A stretch of DNA of 44,234 nucleotides from positions 16,546 to 60,779 of the forward strand of contig CAZHHH010000001.1 in the NCBI GenBank assembly GCA_964532085.1, written 5' to 3'. The stretch is from an uncultured Marinilabiliaceae bacterium (lineage in GTDB: Bacteria > Bacteroidota > Bacteroidia > Bacteroidales > Marinilabiliaceae). The position numbers were made by a program, and so were the translations under genes. The notes under the pieces were generated by a model that was not told where the DNA came from, did not search any database, and saw nothing but the letters and a program-made list of their open reading frames with translations. Below are positions 1 to 7,831 of this stretch, piece by piece. The first letter of the stretch is position 1; every line of letters starts with the position of its first letter.

Positions 1-2355
1 TTTTGCATCAACCAAAACTGATTTTAAATCTTCAATTCCACTATTATATTGAGAATTTAGCTTCACAATCAAATCAAATCTATTTTGTCCTTCATAAATG
101 TCAGCTCGTTTTTCTTCACCCAAAGCAACATTTATGAAAGTGTGAAAATCATCCATTGAAATTCCGTAATAAGCTAACAAATCACGCTTTGCCCTTATCT
201 GAATTTGAGGTACTTCCACCTGTTGCTCAATATTCAAATCAACTAAGCCATCAATATCTTCAATGGCATTTTTAATCAGATTTCCCATATTGAAAAGTCT
301 GACTAAATCATCTCCGAAAATTTTAATGGCAATACTTGCATTTGTTCCCGAAAGCATATGGTCGATTCTGTGACTTAACGGCTGTCCGACACTTGCAGCA
401 ATGGTTGGAATATTAGCCAAAGTGTTTCTAACATCAGCTAAAAACTCATTCCGACTTCTCTTATCCAAATCAAAAGCCACCTCAATCTCTGCACTATTAA
501 CAGTTTGAGAATGTTCGTCTAATTCACCGCGACCTGTACGACGAGCTGTTGATGTAATTTCAGGAATTTGTAATAACTCACCTTCAACAAAAGAACCTAT
601 ATTATCACTATCATCAAGCGAAACCCCCGGTTCTACTGCAATATTTACAGTCAAAGAACCTTCATTAAACTCCGGCAAAAAGCTTCGACCCATTCTAAAC
701 ATCAACAAAACAGCTATAACAACCACAGCCAAAGTTGAATAAACAACTGTTTTTTGATGGTTTAGCAACCAAGTCAACGATTTTTCATAAAAATGAATCA
801 GCTTTCTAACAAGCCATTTTTCTTTTTCATTTTTTGCCAAATATTTTTCATTTCCCAAAAGTATTTTTGCCAACAATGGCGTTAGCGTCATTGCTAAAAT
901 CAATGACATAGAAAGTGACACAATAAACGAAATGCCAAGAGGTTGCAACATTTTTCCTTCCATACCCGACAAAAAAAATAGTGGAATAAAAGCTGCGATG
1001 ATTATTAAAGTTGCATTTAAAATAGAAGCTCTAATCTCTATTGATGCTTCTAAAACTACGGTAAAATAAGATTTTTGCTCCTCTATTGGCTTCAATCTAT
1101 TCTGTCTTAACCGCTTATAAACATTTTCAACATCAATAATAGCATCATCAACCAATGAACCGATGGCAATTGCCATACCTCCCAAACTCATTGTGTTTAT
1201 ATCCAAACCCAAAGCGTCAAGCACCAAAACAGTGCCCAACAAAGAGAGCGGAATAGCCAATAACGAGATAATTGTGGTTCTAAAACTTCCTAAAAACAAG
1301 AAAAGAATGATAACCACAAAAAATGCACCTTCAAGCAAAGCATTTGCAACATTATTTACAGAAGTTTGAATAAAATCCGCAGACCTAAATATCTCTGTAT
1401 CAACCTTAATATCAGGCGGAAGAGTTTTTTGCAATTCTCGAATATTGTGCTCAATATTTTCAGTTAGCTTTAGTGTATTAACATTTGGTTGTTTAGAAAC
1501 CGAGATGATAATTGCAGGTTCTCCATTTTGAGATGATTGACCCATTTTAACGGCAGAACCGATAACCACATCAGCCACATCACCAATACGAATTGGCTTA
1601 TCATTTTTTAATTTGACAAACGTACCTGCAAGTTCATCCAAATTTGCAGTACGCCCAATTCCACGCACTGTATATTCATTGCCATATTGCCTAATCACAC
1701 TTCCCGACGAATTTTGACTAATTCCATCCACCGCACTCAAAAGTTCTTGCAAAGAGACATCAAAAAGTCGCATTTTATGCGGATTCATCAAAATTTGATA
1801 TTGCTTAAAATCACCACCCATAATGGTTACCTGCGAAACGCCGTTTGTAGCCAAAATTGTTGGCTTAACATTCCACTCAGCAATAGTTCTCAAATCCATC
1901 AGCGAAGTTGAGTCAGCCTGCATACCGATATAAAAAATCTCACCCATCACGCTCGATTGTGGTGCCAAAACAGGTTGAGAAACGCCCAAAGGCATCTCTG
2001 CCGATACTGTTATCAACTTTTCGCTCACTATCTGACGAGCTTTATAAATATCTGTACCCCAATCAAAATCAACATTTACAAATGAAAAGCCTTGTGCTGA
2101 AACAGACCTGACACGTCGTACATTCGAAGCACCGTTAACAGCCGTTTCTATTGGAAAAGTTACCAACTGTTCAACCTCTTCGGGTGCCATTCCGGGTGCA
2201 TCCGTCATCACTACCACTGTTGGTGAAGTAAAATCGGGAAACACATCCAAATTCATTCTTCCACTTGTTCTAATGCCCAAAATCACCAACAAAACCGAAA
2301 GTAGAAGAATCAAATATTTATTCTTTAACGAAAAACTTATTATTTTATCTAACAT
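1..2355 (-). CDS. CusA/CzcA-family heavy-metal efflux RND permease (3' end runs off the window)
   Basis: Not in the ORF track; translated by hand in spot checks from ATG at 2355: MLDKIISFSLKNK...DVFPDFTSPTVVVMTDAPGMAPEEVEQLVTFPIETAVNG..., GMAIAIGSLVDDAIIDVENV (HME-RND motif). The same frame is still open at base 1. Confidence 0.93.
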   Translation of the reverse strand, partial: MLDKIISFSLKNKYLILLLSVLLVILGIRTSGRMNLDVFPDFTSPTVVVMTDAPGMAPEEVEQLVTFPIETAVNGASNVRRVRSVSAQGFSFVNVDFDWGTDIYKARQIVSEKLITVSAEMPLGVSQPVLAPQSSVMGEIFYIGMQADSTSLMDLRTIAEWNVKPTILATNGVSQVTIMGGDFKQYQILMNPHKMRLFDVSLQELLSAVDGISQNSSGSVIRQYGNEYTVRGIGRTANLDELAGTFVKLKNDKPIRIGDVADVVIGSAVKMGQSSQNGEPAIIISVSKQPNVNTLKLTENIEHNIRELQKTLPPDIKVDTEIFRSADFIQTSVNNVANALLEGAFFVVIILFLFLGSFRTTIISLLAIPLSLLGTVLVLDALGLDINTMSLGGMAIAIGSLVDDAIIDVENVYKRLRQNRLKPIEEQKSYFTVVLEASIEIRASILNATLIIIAAFIPLFFLSGMEGKMLQPLGISFIVSLSMSLILAMTLTPLLAKILLGNEKYLAKNEKEKWLVRKLIHFYEKSLTWLLNHQKTVVYSTLAVVVIAVLLMFRMGRSFLPEFNEGSLTVNIAVEPGVSLDDSDNIGSFVEGELLQIPEITSTARRTGRGELDEHSQTVNSAEIEVAFDLDKRSRNEFLADVRNTLANIPTIAASVGQPLSHRIDHMLSGTNASIAIKIFGDDLVRLFNMGNLIKNAIEDIDGLVDLNIEQQVEVPQIQIRAKRDLLAYYGISMDDFHTFINVALGEEKRADIYEGQNRFDLIVKLNSQYNSGIEDLKSVLVDAK

Positions 2356-2365
2356 AATCTACTTT

Positions 2366-3853
2366 TTAATGGAAATGTCCTGCGTGTGGGTCTAATTCTC
2401 CTGAGTTTTCTGCAAGCCTTACAATAGTTGCACCTCTTGTTACTATGCGGGAAGTCTTTGATAACCCACTGATAATCTCAACATTTATCCCATCTTGCTG
2501 ACCAATTTTCACTTCTGTTTTTTCAAAAAGTTCAGGATGAATTTGTTCATAAACAAAATAAACTCCTTGCTCCTCAACTAAAGAACTTACAGGAATAAAA
2601 ATCACCTCTTCTTTTGAGGATGTTTTTATAAAAGTCTCAACAAAACTACCTGAAATAAAAGAAGAATTATTTTTAATTCTAAAATATATAGGCAACATAA
2701 AATTATCAGAATTAAGACTTTTCCCAACAGAAACCACACTGCCATCAAGCTCTTCAAGAGAATATATTTTGTTATCTTCTAACAGTTTGAAATTTGCAGA
2801 AATGATATTACTCAATGAGTTTGAGTGTTTAGCATCAACATCTACTTCTATTAATAAATCATCATTCTTAGCTACTGACGCTATAATAGTACCCTCCTCA
2901 ATAAACTCGCCATTTTTTACAAAAACATCTTTCAAAAAACCATTGGAATTTGCTCTTATAATCTCGCCATTTTTAGAAAAAGAGTTTTTATATTTTTCAT
3001 AAACAGCTTTAGCGTTTTCATATTCAGTTTTAGTTTCTTCAAACTCTTTGGCAGAAATAATTTTATCTTTGATAAGCGATTTGGCACGATTATATTCCGA
3101 CTCTGATTTCTTAAAATTGTTTTCCGCTTCAACATATTTCAAAGATGAATTTTCATCAGCAAAACCGTGAGATAAAACTGTATATAGATGCTCATTTTTT
3201 CCAACTTCTCTTCCTGCAAAAAGATTAGCTGAGTTCCAAACAACTGTTCCTCTACTTTTTGCAACAAGCAAAACCTCATCTTCTGTTGACGGCATAACTT
3301 TTCCAACGCTTTTTATGACACTTCCAAAATTACCATAATCAACCATTTCTGTTTTAAAATCAATCTTCCACGACTGTTCTTTGGAAAACACCATTGCACT
3401 ATTTGAAAAATTGTATTTAGCTTCTACATCTTTTTTAGCCTCTTCAACATTGCTATATATTTGCAAATCATCTATTTCAAACTTCGAATTTTCAAACTCG
3501 ACAATTAACTTAGTATTGCCAACATTTTTGGGATTTATTTCAAAACTCCATATTCCTAAATGTCTGTTTTTCGCTTCAATTCTCACTTCTTTTTTTGAAG
3601 ATTCAATAAATTTTAAAAAGATATTTGAGTTTGATAGCGGCTTAAAATTATCCAACTTTGTTATATGGATATAACCGTTAGAGACACCTCCTGCAACCAA
3701 AGGGTCAATCTCAATAAAAACTTCATAGTAACTATCGTACATTGACAGCACTACTTGACTAGAAGAATATTCGTATTCTATATTATCTGAGTTATTTTTA
3801 GAAGAACACGAAATAAAAAATAAAACAATAATTATAAAGTATAAATTTTTCAT
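2366..3853 (-). CDS. Efflux RND transporter periplasmic adaptor subunit (CzcB/CusB-like), lipoprotein
   Basis: Lipobox-like FISC; MFP hairpin and lipoyl-like segments; C-terminal PHAGHFH; directly upstream of the RND permease. Confidence 0.9.
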   Translation of the reverse strand: MKNLYFIIIVLFFISCSSKNNSDNIEYEYSSSQVVLSMYDSYYEVFIEIDPLVAGGVSNGYIHITKLDNFKPLSNSNIFLKFIESSKKEVRIEAKNRHLGIWSFEINPKNVGNTKLIVEFENSKFEIDDLQIYSNVEEAKKDVEAKYNFSNSAMVFSKEQSWKIDFKTEMVDYGNFGSVIKSVGKVMPSTEDEVLLVAKSRGTVVWNSANLFAGREVGKNEHLYTVLSHGFADENSSLKYVEAENNFKKSESEYNRAKSLIKDKIISAKEFEETKTEYENAKAVYEKYKNSFSKNGEIIRANSNGFLKDVFVKNGEFIEEGTIIASVAKNDDLLIEVDVDAKHSNSLSNIISANFKLLEDNKIYSLEELDGSVVSVGKSLNSDNFMLPIYFRIKNNSSFISGSFVETFIKTSSKEEVIFIPVSSLVEEQGVYFVYEQIHPELFEKTEVKIGQQDGINVEIISGLSKTSRIVTRGATIVRLAENSGELDPHAGHFH

Positions 3854-3871
3854 CTTAATCTATTTAATGAT

Positions 3872-3899
3872 AAAAGTCTAAAACCCTCAAGAATTAGAC
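3872..3899 (-). promoter_or_regulatory. Hairpin plus T-run between the leader gene and the adaptor gene (possible attenuator)
   Basis: Minus strand reads GTCTAA-N12-TTAGAC-TTTT. Confidence 0.35.
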
Positions 3900-3915
3900 A
3901 GAATAATAAAAAATA

Positions 3916-4335
3916 TCAAAATAGAAAAGATGGCGGGCCTCTATGACTAAAGGTTACTACGAAGCAAAAAGGAGAAATTAATATATTATTATCAACCCTT
4001 ATTTGATTAATAATTAATGGTCTTAATAAATTAATTTCATATTGAGGAATTTCAATATTTTTAAATAAATCAACAAAATTATTCTCATCGACCTCAACAG
4101 AATTAGATCTAAAAAAATAGTAAGTTTTATCTATAGATGAGTGGTGATGTATTGGAAAATTTTCAGATTCATTTTCACACTCTGACGGACAATGTCCTAA
4201 CTGACCTCCTAATGCTTCAATACAGTATGCGTCCTTATCATTATGACTATGCGGCATTGCATCGTGAACCATAATAATAAGAAAAGAAAAAAGTAGCCCT
4301 AAAGCATAAACTATATTTTTCTTTATTTCTGTCAT
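3916..4335 (-). CDS. His/Cys-rich exported leader protein (DUF6769/DUF2946-like) with C-terminal RGPP motif
   Basis: ATG at 4335 preferred over the track's start at 4344. Hydrophobic N-terminus, HDAMPHSH, several Cys, HHH, ends HRGPPSFLF; first gene of the efflux operon. Confidence 0.7.
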   Translation of the reverse strand: MTEIKKNIVYALGLLFSFLIIMVHDAMPHSHNDKDAYCIEALGGQLGHCPSECENESENFPIHHHSSIDKTYYFFRSNSVEVDENNFVDLFKNIEIPQYEINLLRPLIINQIRVDNNILISPFCFVVTFSHRGPPSFLF

Positions 4336-4493
4336 CAAAAGCACTTGTGAATTATATTCAGCACTAAAATAATAAATTTAAAATCAAAAAGTTCAATTAT
4401 TCTCTTTCTTAAAATTTAATTAACACTTTGAGTTGTTGAAAATGAATCATTTTTTAATTATGAAAATGATATTGACTATTATAAATATTTAAT

Positions 4494-4714
4494 TATTATT
4501 GTCCGATAAAAAATTACTAAGCTGAAAAGATGAGATTTAGCTACGCTGAACTTCGTTTCTCACTACGTTCGAAATGACAATCAGTTAGTTTAATATTGGG
4601 TGGGGGTTGGTTTGCGGCTTTGCCGCAAACCAACCCCCACCCAACAGAATTCTGTAAAATACAATGTCATTCTGAGCGTAGCGAAGAATCTAAAACTTTA
4701 ATCGGACAACAGTA
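4494..4714. mobile_element. MITE-like non-autonomous element with nested REP-type repeats
   Basis: Terminal inverted repeats TATTATTGTCCGAT (4494-4507) and ATCGGACAACAGTA (4701-4714); flanking direct repeat ATATTTAAT (4485-4493, 4715-4723); inner inverted GTCATT...CGTAG motifs; central perfect 23-bp hairpin. Confidence 0.65.
4596..4644. repeat. Perfect 23-bp GC-rich inverted repeat with TTT loop
   Basis: TTGGGTGGGGGTTGGTTTGCGGC-TTT-GCCGCAAACCAACCCCCACCCAA. Confidence 0.97.
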
Positions 4715-4752
4715 ATATTTAATATATTTATTCTTATAAATGAGAGTGAAAA

Positions 4753-4917
4753 ATGAATCGAAAACCAACTTTAAACAAAAGCATAAGTAAAGAAGATAAA
4801 TCTTATGCAAAAAAGAATAAAATAAGTCAACTTGTGGAAAGTTTAACAGGCATTATTCCGTCAGATATTGATGAACGAAAAAGTTATCGAGGTTATTTAT
4901 CTAAAAAATATGTATAA
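4753..4917 (+). pseudogene. Shortened DUF6364-like antitoxin (54 aa) with no toxin partner
   Basis: MNRKPTLNKSISKEDKSYAKKNKISQLVESLTGIIPSDIDERKSYRGYLSKKYV matches the N- and C-terminal motifs I recall for DUF6364, with the middle missing. Below the ORF-track cutoff. Confidence 0.55.
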
Positions 4918-4994
4918 CAGAGAAATTGCCTATTCTAACTACAAAGAATATCTAAACCGATAAACCTCTGTTTTTTACATAGTTACAACAACAG

Positions 4995-5060
4995 ATACAA
5001 AACTCTCACCACTGGTGAGAGTTTTGTGTTCCAACATATTCATCACATTTAAAAACATTT
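4995..5060 (+). repeat. Extragenic partial copy of the yhcG-like gene, containing a perfect 15-1-15 palindrome (4997-5027)
   Basis: Ungapped 50/66 nt identity (hand count) to 5790-5855; palindrome ACAAAACTCTCACCA-C-TGGTGAGAGTTTTGT. Confidence 0.8.
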
Positions 5061-5244
5061 TGAACAATATTGAAAATGAATCTGTTTTTATCTTCAGCAC
5101 ACCTTTGGGCAATAAGGCTAAATGAGTTAAAATCAGCTACATACCAATACAACTATCTATTTATGGGTGTCCCAATAAGGAATTCAATAAATAGTATAAA
5201 TATCTGTTTATTTTTTAAAATGTTTCAAAATATTACTATTAGTA

Positions 5245-5485
5245 CAACCCTCTACGCTGTGTCTCGCCTTTGGCGAGGGGGTTGATGCTAGCAGATTATT
5301 AACCCCATTATGAATTATGGGGTTAATAACATATAACACCGTTCGGTGTTGATGTACATAACGTACTTTTTACATAATTTAATTTTACGTATTGAAAATC
5401 ACCCCGAATGGGGTGAAATACGGATAACCCCGTAATTCATTGCGGGGTAGATAACCCCAATGCAAACCAACCCCAAAGTGGGTTG
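5245..5485. repeat. REP/REPIN-like cluster: two inverted units of three hairpins each
   Basis: Hairpins at 5245-5284, 5296-5329, 5335-5350, 5399-5416, 5427-5448 and 5468-5485, mostly built on ACCCC/GGGGT. The reverse complement of the left unit aligns with the right unit. Confidence 0.75.
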
Positions 5486-5488
5486 AAT

Positions 5489-6322
5489 ATGAAATCTGTC
5501 GTTAAAGAATTAGCTGATTTTATTCAAACCAACGAACCCAAAATCAAAGGTTTTTCTGACAAAAACCTTTGGCGAATGAAACAGTTCTATGAAACTTACA
5601 GAGACTATCCAGAACTCTCATCACTGCTGAGAGAAATTAGTTGGTCTCATAATTTAGCAATATTTTCAAGGTGTAAAACGATAGAAGAAAAAGAATTTTA
5701 TCTTAAAATAGGAAAAAAAGAAAACTATAGTTTTAGAGAACTTGAAAGACAGATATCAAGTAGCTTATATGAAAGAACTATGATAGGAAATACAAAACTC
5801 TCAACAGCGTTGAGAGTTTTATCACCCAACATAACTAAAGCATTTAAAGACAATTATGTGTTTGAGTTTCTTAATCTTCCAGAAACTCACAATGAACCGG
5901 ATTTGCAAAAGGGTTTAGTGAAGCAAATAAAGAACTTCATTCTTGAATTAGGACGAGACTTTCTTTTCATAGGTGAAGAATACAAAATAGAGGTTGGAAA
6001 TTCAGATTTTTATATTGACCTATTATTTTATCATCGGACTTTACAGTGTTTGGTAGCCTTTGAGTTAAAAAACGACAAGTTTAAACCTGAACATTTAGGG
6101 CAATTAAATTTTTATTTAAAAGCCTTAGACAGAGACGTAAAAAAGCAAAACGAAAACCCGAGTATTGGCGTGTTGCTATGTAAAGGCAAAGACAGTGAAG
6201 TAGTTGAATATTCTCTTAGTAGAACTCTATCTCCAACAATGGTATCCGAATATCAAACACAATTACCCGATAAAAAAATATTACAACAAAAACTGCAAGA
6301 AATATTTGATAACAACAAGTAA
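5489..6322 (+). CDS. YhcG/DUF1016-family PDDEXK nuclease, apparently N-terminally truncated
   Basis: KGFSDKNLWRMKQFY, ISWSHN, LELGRDFLFIGEEY, FYIDLLFYHR, FELK, GQLNFY, NPSIGVLLC. The usual N-terminal helices (..LYWxIG..WG) are absent; ATG 5489 abuts the REP cluster. Confidence 0.85.
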   Translation: MKSVVKELADFIQTNEPKIKGFSDKNLWRMKQFYETYRDYPELSSLLREISWSHNLAIFSRCKTIEEKEFYLKIGKKENYSFRELERQISSSLYERTMIGNTKLSTALRVLSPNITKAFKDNYVFEFLNLPETHNEPDLQKGLVKQIKNFILELGRDFLFIGEEYKIEVGNSDFYIDLLFYHRTLQCLVAFELKNDKFKPEHLGQLNFYLKALDRDVKKQNENPSIGVLLCKGKDSEVVEYSLSRTLSPTMVSEYQTQLPDKKILQQKLQEIFDNNK

Positions 6323-6406
6323 AGACAAGTATTTCAATAATTTTTATAGAATAATAGGGCATTTTTCTCATTTTATCTCTATATTTTTGTATAAAATATT
6401 TTCGTT

Positions 6407-7594
6407 ATGGTAGAAAGAACTGAAAGAGTTGAACAATTGCTCAATTTTACAAGAGCCTTGATTAGTGGCAAACCGGGAAATCCACTTATTGACAAATATA
6501 AATCTTACATTGATACAGTAAACCATACTGAAACGATGGTGGTGCTTGACATTCTAATAAAAGAAGGAATGCCTGTTGAAACTGTAAAGGAATGGGTACC
6601 TAAAATCTTAAATGTCTTTTACAATTCACTTATTAGTTATGAGTGGGAACCTCCAAGCAAAGAGCATTTTCTATACTATCTAATGGAAGAAAACAGAGAA
6701 TTAGATAAAATTCTTGATGAGATTAAAGGCATATCAAAAGAAGCTTTTAAAAATGATGACGTTGAGCTTTTTGGAAAATTAAGAGAGCTTTTAACAGGGC
6801 TTGTTACTTATGAGCTACACTATATTAAAAAAGAGAATATTCTTTTTCCATATATTGAAAAAGCATTTGAAGGGCATCGCTGCTTAAGTGTTATGTGGTC
6901 TTTTCACGATGATTATAGAGCTGGTCTAAAGGTATTAGACAATCTTTTAGAAGAGCCATTAAAAAATAAACAAAAGATAAGCAGAGAAATTGGCAAACTG
7001 TTTTTTGTATTAAAACCTATTATTTTCAGAGAAGAGCAAATTGTTTTCCCAGTTGCTTTAAACGCAATATCACAAAAGGATTGGGACGAAATGCTTAATC
7101 AAAGTCACAATGTTGGCTGGTGTTATATCACGCCACCTTCACAAAAAAGCAGTAATGCAAAAGATGGTGAAGCTATACTTCATAGCGATATTATAGATTT
7201 AGAGACGGGACTTTTAGTGCCAAATCAGATAAAATGGATTTTGAATACCATACCAGTTGATATGACTTATATTGACGAAAATGACGAAGTTAAGTTCTTT
7301 TCTGACGGTGAACATAAAATTTTTCACCGTTCAAAAGCTGTAATCGGTCGAACAGTGCAGAATTGTCATCCACCAGAGAGTGTTTATATGGTTGAGGAGA
7401 TTCTTGATGCATTCAAAAGTGGGAAACGTAATGTTGCAGATTTTTGGATTACAATGAAAGGACGATTTGTTTATATAAGATATTTTGCTGTACGCGATGA
7501 AAATGGCGAATACAAAGGTACATTGGAAGTCAGCCAAGATATTACTGATATAAAAAAGTTAGAAGGGCAAAAAAGATTGTTGGATTGGGAATAA
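6407..7594 (+). CDS. DUF438/hemerythrin/PAS domain protein
   Basis: HYIKKENILFPYIE and MWSFHD (hemerythrin-like); C-terminal PAS with IGRTVQNCHPP and YKGTLEVSQDIT. Confidence 0.85.
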   Translation: MVERTERVEQLLNFTRALISGKPGNPLIDKYKSYIDTVNHTETMVVLDILIKEGMPVETVKEWVPKILNVFYNSLISYEWEPPSKEHFLYYLMEENRELDKILDEIKGISKEAFKNDDVELFGKLRELLTGLVTYELHYIKKENILFPYIEKAFEGHRCLSVMWSFHDDYRAGLKVLDNLLEEPLKNKQKISREIGKLFFVLKPIIFREEQIVFPVALNAISQKDWDEMLNQSHNVGWCYITPPSQKSSNAKDGEAILHSDIIDLETGLLVPNQIKWILNTIPVDMTYIDENDEVKFFSDGEHKIFHRSKAVIGRTVQNCHPPESVYMVEEILDAFKSGKRNVADFWITMKGRFVYIRYFAVRDENGEYKGTLEVSQDITDIKKLEGQKRLLDWE

Positions 7595-7629
7595 TTAAGT
7601 AAAACTATTGTTATTTAAAACATTCAATC

Positions 7630-7773
7630 ATGAAAAAAAATAAAAACACTAAATCTCTTGACCAATTTATTGATGAACAATTTGGTACTAAAGGCACTAA
7701 AAAACGAGATAAATTTGAAGAAGAATATAATAAATTCATTCTTCAACAAGGTAAAATCAAAAAAATAGTATGA
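7630..7773 (+). pseudogene. N-terminal fragment of a HigA/XRE-type antitoxin, HTH absent (47 aa)
   Basis: MKKNKNTKSLDQFIDEQFGTKGTKKRDKFEEEY resembles the N-terminus of Bacteroidota XRE antitoxins; the ORF stops before the HTH. Below the ORF-track cutoff. Confidence 0.5.
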
Positions 7774-7831
7774 TAATAACTAACTAAGTAGGTTGTAAAA
7801 TACATATGCTATAAAAGAAGAAAATTAAAAA

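Noticed and set aside
971-978. A8 tract in the RND permease as a frameshift or phase-variation site
   Set aside because: Reads in frame as the conserved FIPLFFLSGM segment.
1163-3674. Plus-strand short ORFs (1163, 1687, 1908, 2769, 3381)
   Set aside because: Antisense shadows of the RND permease and adaptor genes.
5070-5285. 71-aa ORF in the track
   Set aside because: TTG start, no recognisable motif, and it ends inside a REP hairpin; probably spurious.
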